Positions 1-10,036 of a stretch of 64,000 nt of DNA are shown here, piece after piece. The stretch comes from a bacterium (GTDB lineage: Bacteria > Patescibacteriota > Microgenomatia > UBA8517), in NCBI GenBank assembly GCA_021790215.1, contig JAJYIG010000001.1, positions 194 through 64,193 of the forward strand, in the 5' to 3' direction. The notes beneath the pieces were generated by a model. That model saw nothing but the letters and a program-made list of their open reading frames with translations, was not told the DNA's origin and made no database searches. Every line of letters begins with the position of its first letter. Position 1 is the stretch's first letter. Both the position numbers and the translations under genes were made by a program.

Positions 1-135
1 AGTAGGCTGGTGGAAGGAATCGGATTCGAGTTTGTGAAAATCCCCGGAGAAGACCGTGTAATTGGCCGAACGACATTCAGAAATTTTAAAGATCTTGCCA
101 AATTTAACGAGATCATAGGCCCCCTTGAGAAATAA
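1..135 (+). CDS. 3' end of a gene entering from the left edge (partial, unknown product)
   Basis: Frame 1 is open from base 1 to TAA at 133-135 (SRLVEGIGFEFVKIPGEDRVIGRTTFRNFKDLAKFNEIIGPLEK*) and converges on rodA. Confidence 0.45.
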   Translation, partial: SRLVEGIGFEFVKIPGEDRVIGRTTFRNFKDLAKFNEIIGPLEK

Positions 136-163
136 AGTGGAGTAAATCGTATAATCGGGCTAA

Positions 164-1192
164 TTATTTTCTCTTGGCACCTACTGCAATCCCCAAACCC
201 GTCATCGTCGCAAGAAGAGAAGAACCTCCGGATGAGACCAAAGGAAAAGGAAGACCCGTAACAGGAAGCATCCCCATATTCATACCTGTATGTATAAATA
301 TCTGCACAAGGTATGAAAGGAAAAACCCCGAAACATAGGCACGAGCTGCGGCAGATTCTGAACTCTCCATAATTTTAGTAAGTCTGAAAAGAATAAAAAA
401 ACTAACCAGTAGAAGGAGTCCAGCACCCACAAAACCAAGTTCTTCCGCAGTGGCTGCAAAAACAAAATCGGTTTGCTTTTCAGGCAAAAATGAAAGTTGT
501 GTCTGAATCCCTTTTCCGAGCCCAGTTCCAAAAATCTTGCCAGATCCGGCTGCAATCGTGGATTGCAAACTGTTATACCCAGCTCCCAATGGATCGCTGG
601 AAGGTTCCAGATAAGTCAGGATTCTCTGCTTTTGGTAAGGCGCCAAAATTTGCCAGAAAATAGGCAAAAGAACAAGTACCACCAAAAGGCCTGTAAGTAG
701 ATATTTCTTATTAAATTTACTGGCTATCAAAACTCCGATAAATCCGATAACGGTCAAAATCGAAACACCTAATGATGGCTGAATCACGATTAAGATTGCT
801 GGTATTGCCAAAAGCCCAAGCGACTTAAAAACCTTTTTAAGAGTAACCTCCCCCCTCGTAAGATATGATGCAAAAAAAACTAACAGAAAGGGCCTGACCA
901 CTTCAGCCGGCTGGAGTGTAAAAGGTCCCAATGGAATCCAGCGAATGGTACCTCTCGTAACTCTCCCGATAATAAGGGTCAAAACAAGAAGGAAGACACT
1001 TATTCCATAGAAATATTTGGAAAAAAGAGCGGTTACATCAAAATCAATATTTGAAAAAAACAAGAAAGCTAATGACGCAACAAAAATATAGACAAAATAG
1101 TTAGGAAAAATGTGAGGCGTAAGCGAATCCAAAACCACTGATCCAAAAATTATCAATATAAAAGTGGACAAAGCGATGCCAATATCACGCAT
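164..1192 (-). CDS. rodA: SEDS family peptidoglycan glycosyltransferase RodA
   Basis: Polytopic membrane protein with GTIRWI, LQPAE, YQKQRI, DPLGAGYN, LPEKQTDF, EELGFVG and TGLPFPLVSSGGSS motifs. A separate ftsW sits in the dcw cluster, so this copy is RodA. Confidence 0.85.
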   Translation of the reverse strand: MRDIGIALSTFILIIFGSVVLDSLTPHIFPNYFVYIFVASLAFLFFSNIDFDVTALFSKYFYGISVFLLVLTLIIGRVTRGTIRWIPLGPFTLQPAEVVRPFLLVFFASYLTRGEVTLKKVFKSLGLLAIPAILIVIQPSLGVSILTVIGFIGVLIASKFNKKYLLTGLLVVLVLLPIFWQILAPYQKQRILTYLEPSSDPLGAGYNSLQSTIAAGSGKIFGTGLGKGIQTQLSFLPEKQTDFVFAATAEELGFVGAGLLLLVSFFILFRLTKIMESSESAAARAYVSGFFLSYLVQIFIHTGMNMGMLPVTGLPFPLVSSGGSSLLATMTGLGIAVGAKRK

Positions 1193-1193
1193 T

Positions 1194-4100
1194 TTACGAG
1201 GACCTCACCACCTTAAATTTACCTTCTGATAACTTGGCTATTTGAGCTTTCCTAATCATCCATTGAGTAACTTTTTTATCCAACGGGATCCTTTCCATAT
1301 ATACATTAACCTTTTGGGTAAGATTTAACCCCAAATTCTTTCTTTCCTCTTGAATCTTTCTTACCACATCGCGAATCATCGCTTCTTCTTGAAGCTCTCT
1401 GGTAATTTTAATGTCAAGTCTTACACTTAGCTCTCCCTTCCCGGATTTTGAGACAACACTTTTGACATTCACCTCATCTGCAATAAGCTGACTTATCTCT
1501 TTTGAAAATTGGTAATTGGAAATAGACAACATACTTAGTGGCTGTCTTACAGGAATTCCCTTCTCCTTCCTTACTGCGTGAGCTTTTTCTACCACCTCTC
1601 TAGCCATTTGCATTTCCTCAACCAGTTCCGCACCTTTAATCCCAATCTTAAGACTCGATACTGGGAAATCTGCTAAATGTACAGATTCTTCTTTCGTCAG
1701 ATTTGAGTACATAATATCTGCCACAAAAGGGGTAAATGGGGCAAGAATCTTACTGATATCGCAGAGCAATTTATATGTCGTAGCATAAAAAGAATTGCGG
1801 TCTTTTTCACTTTCTGCTGCCGGACCAACTCTGGATCTGGAACGCCTAACGTACCACAAGGAAACATCGTCTATAAATTTCTCAATTTCCCCACTTGCAG
1901 AAACTGCATTAAATTTCTCCATAGCCTCAGTAACGGAGGTTGTTATCTGGCCGAGCCTAATTAAAATCCACCTGTCAAGAACGTTTATGCTTTTTACCCT
2001 CTCTTTTCCCCTTTGCGGCGTCCAGCCATCAAGATTGGCATAGGTAACAAAAAAGTTATATATATTCCATAGCTTAAGGTGAAATCTTCTTCTGATCTCA
2101 TCCGCGACTTTGTAACCAAAAAGCATATTCTCAGCTGGGTTCGCCCTTGCAAACATCCATCTCATAACATCAACGCCGATCTTGTCAGCCCCTTCGTTAA
2201 ATTCAATCGAATTACCCCAACTCTTATGCATGGGACGTCCATCCTCACCCAATAGCGTCCCAAAACCCAAAACCGTTTTGAATGGATTTGCATTTTCCAA
2301 AACGGTACTCATGGCGATAAGCGAATAAAACCAGTTTTTAAATTGCCCAGGAAAACTTTCTGTAATAAAATCTGCCGGGAACCATTTTCCCCAACTTTCT
2401 TTATCTGTCAGATACAACGGTTTGGTTGTCGTAACACCAAAACCGCAGGCTTTATTATTTTCACTTATTGTGGAAAAGGGAACTATTCCCGCATCAAGCC
2501 AGGGGTTCCCAACCGGCTCTATTCTTGGAGCGATAGCACCGCATTTAGAACATTTGATCTTAATTTCATCAATTTGAGGCTTATGGGGAGATCCTTTGAG
2601 CTTGCCAGTAACAGAACGTTTATTCAATTCTTCTTTTGATCCGATTACTTCAAAGTTACCACATTTGGGACATTCCCAGATAGGAAGAGCCAAACCCCAA
2701 TATCTGTTTTTCTTACTAATAAGCCAGTCGTGCATATTCGCAAGCCAATCCATTTCTCTATCCAATCCAAATCCGGGAAGCCAGGAAATCTTACCGGCTA
2801 CCTCTTTCATCTTCTCCCTTAATGTCCTTACATCTGATACTTCGGGTTCCTCGTCACTGCTATTCCATTTTTCAGATTCAGCATCTCGAGATTGTCTCTT
2901 GTGGGTAGCTGGTCTGTCCATTGATATATACCACTCATCGGTCACTTTCCAAACCAACTCAGTCTTGCATCTCCAACACGCGGGATAACGATGTGTGTAT
3001 TTTTCCGTTTTAAAGACAAATTTCCCATCTTCATATTTACTAAGATAGTCCAAAATGAGTTCTGGATGTTTCTTTGCATTTTTACCGGTGAGAAAATCAA
3101 ATCCGGAAAGGTACTCTGCCATATCATCAATAGCAGGAATTATAGGAAGTCCGATTTTTTGACCAAGTTTATAATCTTCAGTACCAGTTCCCGTTGAAGT
3201 ATGGACTAAACCGGTCCCTTCAGTGGCGGTTATGGGCATAAGCATCGGATCTGTAGAAACCACTGTATGAAACTTGTCATTTTTTCCCGCTCCCGACTTT
3301 ACGGCGGGCAAGTCATCAAATGCAGCAGTATATCTTAGTCCCACCAACTTTGACCCGCGCACACTTTTCAATATTTTATATTTTCTGCCTGCGAAAACTC
3401 TTTGCGCCGCATCCTCCCCAATCCAATACTTATTTTTACCGACTTCAGCAAGCACATATTCCATATCCCCGTCAACAGCAACCGCTATATTCGCAGGAAC
3501 AGTCCAAGGGGTTGTTGTCCAAACCAAAAGATATTCATTCTCCTGACCTACAATCGGGAAAGAAAGGAAAATTGATTCATGGGTAACTTCTTTGTAGTCT
3601 TCGGTTAAAATCTCATGCTCTGATATTGCTGTCTCGCAGCGGGGACACCATGGAACCACATCCGCTCCTTTATATATCCAACCGTTGTCGTAACAAACTT
3701 TCAGAAAATGCCATATCATATAATTATTGTCCTCACTCAATGTGTAATAAGAATTATCCCAATCCATAAAGTAACCAAGTCGTTTACTCTGCTCGGTCTG
3801 AATTCCAGAATATTTTTTAACCCTATCACGGCAGAGTTGAACAAATTTTTCTACACCGAAAGTTTCAATGTCCTTTTTATTTTTAAACTGGAGTTCCTTT
3901 TCTACTTCAACTTCCACCCAAAGTCCCTGGCAGTCAAACCCGTTCTGGAAACGCTGCCTATAACCCTGCATATTCTTAAATCTCTGCCAAATATCTTTAT
4001 AGGTCCTTCCCCATGCATGATGAACTCCCATCGGATTATTTGCAGTTATAGGACCATCGAGAAAAGAAAAATACTTTTTGGAGTTTTTATTACGTCTGAG

Positions 4101-4214
4101 ATACTTTTTAACTAAACCAGTCTTATACCACCGCGAGAGAAGTTTTTTCTCAGCCTCAGGAAAGTTTAACTTAGGGTCAACCGGTTCAAAATAGAGCTTG
4201 CTTTTACCAGCCAT
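1194..4214 (-). CDS. ileS: Isoleucyl-tRNA synthetase (type 2)
   Basis: DGPITAN-GVHH (HIGH-equivalent), GFDCQGL, WTTTPWT editing motif, GTGLVH, DWLIS, PMHKS (KMSKS-equivalent), WYVRRSR, and IRQPL-like VRQPL near the C-terminus. Confidence 0.95.
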   Translation of the reverse strand: MAGKSKLYFEPVDPKLNFPEAEKKLLSRWYKTGLVKKYLRRNKNSKKYFSFLDGPITANNPMGVHHAWGRTYKDIWQRFKNMQGYRQRFQNGFDCQGLWVEVEVEKELQFKNKKDIETFGVEKFVQLCRDRVKKYSGIQTEQSKRLGYFMDWDNSYYTLSEDNNYMIWHFLKVCYDNGWIYKGADVVPWCPRCETAISEHEILTEDYKEVTHESIFLSFPIVGQENEYLLVWTTTPWTVPANIAVAVDGDMEYVLAEVGKNKYWIGEDAAQRVFAGRKYKILKSVRGSKLVGLRYTAAFDDLPAVKSGAGKNDKFHTVVSTDPMLMPITATEGTGLVHTSTGTGTEDYKLGQKIGLPIIPAIDDMAEYLSGFDFLTGKNAKKHPELILDYLSKYEDGKFVFKTEKYTHRYPACWRCKTELVWKVTDEWYISMDRPATHKRQSRDAESEKWNSSDEEPEVSDVRTLREKMKEVAGKISWLPGFGLDREMDWLANMHDWLISKKNRYWGLALPIWECPKCGNFEVIGSKEELNKRSVTGKLKGSPHKPQIDEIKIKCSKCGAIAPRIEPVGNPWLDAGIVPFSTISENNKACGFGVTTTKPLYLTDKESWGKWFPADFITESFPGQFKNWFYSLIAMSTVLENANPFKTVLGFGTLLGEDGRPMHKSWGNSIEFNEGADKIGVDVMRWMFARANPAENMLFGYKVADEIRRRFHLKLWNIYNFFVTYANLDGWTPQRGKERVKSINVLDRWILIRLGQITTSVTEAMEKFNAVSASGEIEKFIDDVSLWYVRRSRSRVGPAAESEKDRNSFYATTYKLLCDISKILAPFTPFVADIMYSNLTKEESVHLADFPVSSLKIGIKGAELVEEMQMAREVVEKAHAVRKEKGIPVRQPLSMLSISNYQFSKEISQLIADEVNVKSVVSKSGKGELSVRLDIKITRELQEEAMIRDVVRKIQEERKNLGLNLTQKVNVYMERIPLDKKVTQWMIRKAQIAKLSEGKFKVVRSS

Positions 4215-4222
4215 ATGAAGCT

Positions 4223-4231
4223 ATTTTAGCA
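4223..4231 (-). promoter_or_regulatory. Extended -10 element (TGcTAAAAT) 8 nt upstream of the ileS ATG; leaderless-type promoter
   Basis: Minus strand reads TGCTAAAAT-agcttcat-ATG, with no Shine-Dalgarno motif. Confidence 0.6.
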
Positions 4232-4345
4232 CAGATTTTAAGAAGCTGAAAACCTGTTTTGAGATCGGCGCAGACCGAAAGCACAAAAAGATATAGATAC
4301 TATCAACCAAAATCTAAATCAATACTTGATTTTACAAAGTTCTTA

Positions 4346-4611
4346 CTACGGGTTACAATGCGGCCAGATGCTCTTTTACCTTGCGAGACTGCATACGCCG
4401 CAGTTTGAGCCGATTCCTCAGCAGAAAAACGTAAATCAGGATCAGGATCTTCTCCAATTTCTATTCTTATATTCCTCCATGTAAACGGACCAAACTGATA
4501 TAGACCCTTATATGGCCCATTTACAGCATTTGATCTAAATCCCGATTCACAAATTGCAACATACCTCATAACATTAGGGTCTACTCCATACCGAACCGAA
4601 AATCTGTCAAT
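4346..4611 (-). pseudogene. Rpf-like / lytic transglycosylase domain remnant, 5'-truncated and frameshifted
   Basis: Reads IDRFSVRYGVDPNVMRYVAICESG...YKGLYQF...TW...QG, starting right after an in-frame TAA next to the ftsZ stop. Adding one A to the AAAA run at 4374-4377 restores GKKSIWPHCNP* (stop at 4346-4348), the WPxC end typical of Rpf-like domains. Confidence 0.7.
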
Positions 4612-4615
4612 TTAA

Positions 4616-5779
4616 TTAGTGGATTTTTCTTAAGAAGGCCGGAATTTCAAACTTCTGTCCAAACACATCCTCCTCACCCGGAGTTCCACCGTCATCATCG
4701 GGTGGTCTCTTTCTTTCTTCCTCATCTTCATTTTCCGTAATATGCTTGGTGGGCTCGCTGACAACGCCCTGAACTACTGGAGGCCTAACCTGCGTCTGGC
4801 TCATTTGAGCTAGACGTGAACGTGTTTCATCAAAACCTGTAGCAATAACCGTAATTTTAACCTGATCAGTAAGATCTGGTTTGATAACAGCTCCAAAAAT
4901 CACATTCGCGTCGGGATCGGCTGCTGAAGAAATGATCCTGGCAGCCTCATCAACCTCAAACATCGTCAAATCATTTCCACCAGCTATATTAAATAAAACT
5001 CCGCGGGCACCTTCAATAGAAAGGTCAAGAAGCGGAGAAGAGACAGCGGCGCGTGCTGCCATTTGGGCCCTGTTTTCGCCAACACCGGTTCCTATACCAA
5101 GAAGGGCAGAACCTGCTTCCTTCATAATTGTCTTAACATCAGCAAAATCAACATTTACAAGTCCTGCTGTAGTTATAATGTCAGCGATGCCCCCAACTCC
5201 TTGAGCCAGAACTGAATCTACAACTTTGAAGGCTTCGAGAAGTGTCATCTTACGGTCAATTACATCCATCAAACGCTGGTTAGGAATAACAATTAATGTG
5301 TCTGTAGCTTCCTTTAATTTTTCTATACCATCCTCAGCTGCCACCATCCTTCGAGTTCCTTCAAAAGCAAACGGTTTGGTGACAACTCCCACAGTAAGAG
5401 CTCCCGCTTCTTTTGCAAGTTGTGCGATAACAGGTGAGGCTCCAGTACCCGTTCCTCCTCCCATTCCTGCTGTAACAAAAACCATATCCGTATCAATCAT
5501 TAGCTCTTTAATTTTTTCGATAGACTCCTCGGCAGCGTGAGTACCGATTTCGGGATTTCCCCCCACACCAAGCCCTTTAGTTAACTTTTCTCCTATCTGC
5601 AGTTTTGTTGGAGCCTTATTGTTAAGAAGAACCTGAGCATCAGTATTAATCGCAATAAATTCAACACCATTGATCGTTCCTGAATCAATCATGGAGACAA
5701 TCGCGTTTCCGCCGCCGCCGCCGACGCCAATAACTTTTATTTTAGCTATCCTTGCGCTATCGGGTTTTACGAGTGCCAT
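4616..5779 (-). CDS. ftsZ: Cell division protein FtsZ
   Basis: [17 protein letters not shown] tubulin signature, NVDFAD, C-terminal EIPAFLRK. Confidence 0.98.
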   Translation of the reverse strand: MALVKPDSARIAKIKVIGVGGGGGNAIVSMIDSGTINGVEFIAINTDAQVLLNNKAPTKLQIGEKLTKGLGVGGNPEIGTHAAEESIEKIKELMIDTDMVFVTAGMGGGTGTGASPVIAQLAKEAGALTVGVVTKPFAFEGTRRMVAAEDGIEKLKEATDTLIVIPNQRLMDVIDRKMTLLEAFKVVDSVLAQGVGGIADIITTAGLVNVDFADVKTIMKEAGSALLGIGTGVGENRAQMAARAAVSSPLLDLSIEGARGVLFNIAGGNDLTMFEVDEAARIISSAADPDANVIFGAVIKPDLTDQVKITVIATGFDETRSRLAQMSQTQVRPPVVQGVVSEPTKHITENEDEEERKRPPDDDGGTPGEEDVFGQKFEIPAFLRKIH

Positions 5780-5869
5780 AATATATTTATCAAAATTTCT
5801 TACAAAAATGTTAAATAAAGAATTTAAACAGACGCATTCGCCGCATTGTATCGTGGGCAGAAGAAAAAC

Positions 5870-7132
5870 TCAAGGCAGGAGATTCTTTATACTATCTATC
5901 ACCTTGCCGAAAATACCAATTGAGGGTAGTTTCACCTTTTTTGTGAAACTTGTCAAGTTCTGTTCCGGTATTTGTTTGGAACCATAAACCAAAAGTCCCA
6001 CTGAAGTTGCAAAAGAAGGTGTAATAATATCATCAATAAGACCTCCGACACCACCCGGAACACCAATTCTCACCGGAAGTGAAAGCATTCTTCTTGCAGA
6101 ATCGATTACACCAGCTGTTTCTGCACCTCCACCTGTAATGATTGCCCCTGAAGGAACCCTGTTGGCCAAACCTTCTCTTTCAAGTTCAAGCCTAACCATT
6201 GTAAATATCTCATTCAGACGAGGCCTTATTATTCCTTCCAAAAGAGTTTTTTTAGAAATTTTTTTGACCTCAGTAACACCCAGCGACTCCAGATCCACTT
6301 CATCCGTATCCTTATCATCTTTATGTTTTTTAGAAGAAAGAGCTAATTTGATTTTCTCTGCTGTCTCAAGTGAAACCCTCAGACCAATCGCCAAATCGTT
6401 GGTAACATTTTTAGCACCGACCGGAATCACACCCGAATAAGAAAGCGCACCGTCAACGTAAGCTGCAATTGAAGTTGTACCTCCGCCAATATCGACAAGG
6501 ACACATCCAAGCTCTTTTTCTGTCGGCGACACCACACCTTCTGAAGAGGCTACTCCTGAAAAAACCAAGTCTTCAATTTGGATCCCAACTTCATTAATTG
6601 CTTTTCTGAGATTTTTTACGGCGGCCGATGCAGCTGTAACAATGTGTGTATCAACTTCCAGCCGTACTCCGCTCATACCAACAGCATCTCTAACTCCCGC
6701 TTCTCCATCAACTACGAATTCTCTGGGCAAAACATGAATTACCTCCCGTGAAGCCGGCAAAGAAATCGCAGAAGCAGCTTCGATTGCCCGATCTACATCG
6801 TTTTGTGTAATTTCCCCGTTTGAATCAGATACCGCAACCACTCCATGTGAATTTTGTGAGTGAATATGCGCCCCGCCTAAAGAAACATAGGCAGCTTCAA
6901 GATTATATCCTGCCATTCTTTCTGCAGCCTCTACCGAGGAAATTATTGCCTCAACTGCCTCTTCAATATCTACTATCTGTCCTTTCTTGATTCCACGCGA
7001 TTCCGTTGCAGAAGCACCAACGACATTAATAGAAGTCTCAAAAGTTACAGGTTCTACCACAACCTGACTTACTAATGTGGAAATTTTACTTGATCCTATA
7101 TCAAGTGCAGCTACAATTCTGTTTTTAGCCAT
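5870..7132 (-). CDS. ftsA: Cell division protein FtsA
   Basis: LDIGSSK, AERMAG, GMSGVRLE, VDIGGGTT, TGGG; directly upstream of ftsZ. Confidence 0.96.
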   Translation of the reverse strand: MAKNRIVAALDIGSSKISTLVSQVVVEPVTFETSINVVGASATESRGIKKGQIVDIEEAVEAIISSVEAAERMAGYNLEAAYVSLGGAHIHSQNSHGVVAVSDSNGEITQNDVDRAIEAASAISLPASREVIHVLPREFVVDGEAGVRDAVGMSGVRLEVDTHIVTAASAAVKNLRKAINEVGIQIEDLVFSGVASSEGVVSPTEKELGCVLVDIGGGTTSIAAYVDGALSYSGVIPVGAKNVTNDLAIGLRVSLETAEKIKLALSSKKHKDDKDTDEVDLESLGVTEVKKISKKTLLEGIIRPRLNEIFTMVRLELEREGLANRVPSGAIITGGGAETAGVIDSARRMLSLPVRIGVPGGVGGLIDDIITPSFATSVGLLVYGSKQIPEQNLTSFTKKVKLPSIGIFGKVIDSIKNLLP

Positions 7133-7137
7133 TTCAA

Positions 7138-7803
7138 TTATCTTAGCACAGGATTTTTATACCTCAAGTCGATTTGCGAATAAGAATTAACAGGTTCGCT
7201 TTGAATCTTTGAATATATCAATCTCAAAGCTCCAAGAAGAACCTGATAATCACCTTCTAAAGGAAATATTACTCTGATTCCACCAGGCATATCAACAAGC
7301 AAAGTTTTATTCTGAATATCCGAAGATTGAATCTGATACATTTCGTATACCCCAGCTTCCAGTTCAAGCGCAAAAAGATTTTGACCTCCGACATTTGCGC
7401 CTACAGCAGGAATACCACCGACAACTACGACAGTTGGTAGATTTGAGTTCTGTGTGGATGAAAAAACTTCACCGTTCTTCCCAACTAGATCTATATTTCC
7501 GGATCCTGAATCTTTTAGTGCAAACAAAGGCTCTCTAATGATTAGATTTACCTGAAGGAAATCCGGTAGTTTAAACTGCACTGAAAAATCTGAAACGAGA
7601 GGTTGGCTTTTGAGGAATTTTGAGAGCTCGGACCTAGCTTTAAAAAGGCTTTTATATTGCATTTTTGAAATCCCGGATTCAATTTCCACCGGACAGGATC
7701 CAACTTGAGATTTACATTCAATCCTTACTTTTACAAAAAATGGATAAAGAACCAAACCTAAAATAATGATGACTGCTGCGGTAGTTATCAGAATATTTTT
7801 CAC
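7138..7803 (-). CDS. ftsQ: FtsQ/DivIB-like bitopic cell division protein
   Basis: Single N-terminal TM, POTRA-like VQFKLPD-L-V segment, C-terminal IDLRYKNPVLR; lies between murG and ftsA. Confidence 0.7.
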   Translation of the reverse strand: MKNILITTAAVIIILGLVLYPFFVKVRIECKSQVGSCPVEIESGISKMQYKSLFKARSELSKFLKSQPLVSDFSVQFKLPDFLQVNLIIREPLFALKDSGSGNIDLVGKNGEVFSSTQNSNLPTVVVVGGIPAVGANVGGQNLFALELEAGVYEMYQIQSSDIQNKTLLVDMPGGIRVIFPLEGDYQVLLGALRLIYSKIQSEPVNSYSQIDLRYKNPVLR

Positions 7804-7804
7804 T

Positions 7805-8923
7805 TTAGATTACGTAAGACTTGATAAGCTCTAAGAGTTTCTTGGAAGCCTCTTTGTCGGGGCTCGCTTTTGATTTAACTTTTTCCATTATCGATTGATA
7901 ATTTACAACCATGTTATCTAGGTTCCTGAGAAGAATCTCAGGAGTCAAATCTTTCTGCAAGATAATTTTGGCGATACCAAGTTCCTTGGCGATAAGCGCG
8001 TTTGCTTCTTGTTCGTTACGGTAGCTAATAGAAAGAGGAATCAAAATAGCCGGCCGTTTTACGGTTATAATTTCGGATACCGTATTTGCACCTGCACGTG
8101 ATACAATAAGATCAGCTTTCCCGTAAATTTCAGACACTTCTAGTGGGTTCACTCTAACAAATACTTCATAGTTATCTCTCAAAGCTTGCGGAAGTGCCTG
8201 TTTTATCTCCGAAAACTTATGATAATCCAGGCCTCCAGTTTGATGAATTACTTTATATTTCGCAAGGAGTTTCCTCAAAATTTTTTCAATAACTTTATTA
8301 ATACTTTGCGAACCACGCGATCCTCCGGTAATAAAAATGGTTGCGGGGTTTCCTATTTTCTTTTTAGGTTTAACCAAGGTGACTTCTTTCATGACCGGAT
8401 TGCCAGTAACAACACATTTTTGCAGAGGAAAATACTTTAAGCTATTTTCCCTGGATAGTGCAATCTTTGTCGCAAATTTTGATGAAATCTGATTCGAACG
8501 GCCACTCTCGGATGTTTGCTCGTGAATAACTATAGGAATTCCCAGAATTCTTGCACCCAAAACCACCGGGAAAGAGGCAAATCCACCAAAAGACAAAACT
8601 ACCTCAGGTTTAATCTGAACGAGGTAATAAAACGATTGAATAAAACCAATTGGTATTTTCAGAATTGAAGGGATTGTCCAAAATGTAAACCTAGTTTGGA
8701 AACGTCCTGTCTTTATCGCCAAAAATCTTACCCCTAGCCGGGGCAAAACTTCCGATTCCAATGTAACAATCTTTTTACCTTCAATTGCATTTCTCACACC
8801 AATCCAATAAAGCTTCCAATTCAGGTTTTGCGATCTAATTTCTTCCACCAAGGCAACTGCTGTTGTGGCAGCATGCCCGCCGGTAAAAACCACTGATTTA
8901 CTTTCTGTGTTTTTCATAAACAT
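7805..8923 (-). CDS. murG: UDP-GlcNAc:lipid I GlcNAc transferase MurG
   Basis: TGGH, GGFAS, IHEQ, TGNP, GGSRGS, SRAGANT, EQEANA. Start moved to the ATG at 8923 (or 8917). Confidence 0.92.
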   Translation of the reverse strand: MFMKNTESKSVVFTGGHAATTAVALVEEIRSQNLNWKLYWIGVRNAIEGKKIVTLESEVLPRLGVRFLAIKTGRFQTRFTFWTIPSILKIPIGFIQSFYYLVQIKPEVVLSFGGFASFPVVLGARILGIPIVIHEQTSESGRSNQISSKFATKIALSRENSLKYFPLQKCVVTGNPVMKEVTLVKPKKKIGNPATIFITGGSRGSQSINKVIEKILRKLLAKYKVIHQTGGLDYHKFSEIKQALPQALRDNYEVFVRVNPLEVSEIYGKADLIVSRAGANTVSEIITVKRPAILIPLSISYRNEQEANALIAKELGIAKIILQKDLTPEILLRNLDNMVVNYQSIMEKVKSKASPDKEASKKLLELIKSYVI

Positions 8924-10019
8924 CGCTATATTTGCTGATATTAAGAAGTATACCGCAAGCAATAAGAGTCATCACTAAAGAACTCCCCCCATATGAAATA
9001 AAAGGCAGGGGAATACCCGTTAAAGGAACCAAAGCAACAATCGAGGCAATGTTTAAAAATGCCTGGCCGGCCACCCAAGTCGCAATACCAATTGCCAACA
9101 CTTTTGAAAAACTATCAGGAGCTTTTTGCGCTATCCTAATAGCTTTGAGAAAGAAATAAACAAACAGCGCAATAACAGCGACTGAGCCAATTAGTCCTAA
9201 TTCTTCAGAAATTACTGCAAAGATGGAATCAGTTGAAGCTTCAGGCAAAAACAAATATTTCTGGCGGGAAGCTCCGAGTCCCACACCAAAAGCACCACCC
9301 GAACCGAGAGCTAACAGAATCTGTCTAATGTGATAGGATTTTCCTAACGGATCTTCTGTGGTTTGCAAAAAGGTTGTCAATCTGGCCCTTCTGTATGGGG
9401 AAAGAATAATCAAGACAAATGTTGCCGCTGCACCCACTATACCCGCACCAAAGAAATAAAGAGGGTTAACATCTGAAACAAAGATCTGCGAAAGTCCTAT
9501 CATAGCTATAACTAACGTGGTTCCCAAATCCGGTTGCAGCATAATCAATGCCGAAACCACTGCAAGAGGAATAAAATATGACAAAGCATTTTTACCACGG
9601 CTGGCGACTTTCGCTAAATATATACAAATCGAGAATTTCATAAGTTCGGATGGTTGGAAATTAATTAACCCAAGTGAAATCCAACGTCTTGCACCAAGAG
9701 CGGCAGATCCAAAATGTGGAATTAAAACCAAAAGCAGAAGAGCAAGAGAACCAAAAAAGAATGGGGTCGCAACCTTCTCCCAAAATGAATATTTGATCTT
9801 GGATGCTATAACGAAAGCTATGATACCGATTACAGACCATTCCGCTTGCTGTTTTAAAAGATAAAATTTATCGCCATAAGCATTAAGGGCTTGCGGAGCT
9901 GAAACATCGGCAACGGCCACTAGTCCGAAAATAACCAAAAAAAGTACCAGTATGAGGAAATTCCTATCAATAGACCTCTCAGCTGAATTTTTCTGCTTGA
10001 GAAAACCTACTCTTTTCAC
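8898..10019 (-). CDS. ftsW: SEDS family protein FtsW
   Basis: GARRWI, FQPSE, QPDLGT, LPEASTDSIF, EELG, TGIPLPFISYGGSS. Start reassigned to GTG at 10017-10019 because the upstream in-frame part overlaps mraY. Confidence 0.92.
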   Translation of the reverse strand: MKRVGFLKQKNSAERSIDRNFLILVLFLVIFGLVAVADVSAPQALNAYGDKFYLLKQQAEWSVIGIIAFVIASKIKYSFWEKVATPFFFGSLALLLLVLIPHFGSAALGARRWISLGLINFQPSELMKFSICIYLAKVASRGKNALSYFIPLAVVSALIMLQPDLGTTLVIAMIGLSQIFVSDVNPLYFFGAGIVGAAATFVLIILSPYRRARLTTFLQTTEDPLGKSYHIRQILLALGSGGAFGVGLGASRQKYLFLPEASTDSIFAVISEELGLIGSVAVIALFVYFFLKAIRIAQKAPDSFSKVLAIGIATWVAGQAFLNIASIVALVPLTGIPLPFISYGGSSLVMTLIACGILLNISKYSDVYEKHRK

Positions 10020-10025
10020 ACATTC

Positions 10026-10034
10026 ATTGTAGCA
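10026..10034 (-). promoter_or_regulatory. Extended -10 element (TGcTACAAT) 6 nt upstream of the ftsW GTG
   Basis: Minus strand reads TGCTACAAT-gaatgt-GTG in the 17-nt mraY-ftsW gap. Confidence 0.55.
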
Positions 10035-10036
10035 AT

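Noticed and set aside
2830-2912. Intein or intron in ileS
   Set aside because: Far too short, lacks Cys/Ser start and His-Asn end motifs, and the frame is continuous.
4215-4345. T-box riboswitch or tRNA upstream of ileS (and of glyQS at 29560-29648)
   Set aside because: No T-box consensus, terminator or cloverleaf, and the -10 elements lie too close to the start codons to leave a leader.
4374-4377. Programmed ribosomal frameshift in the Rpf-like gene
   Set aside because: No canonical slippery heptamer, and the gene is also 5'-truncated. Decay or a sequencing error is more likely.
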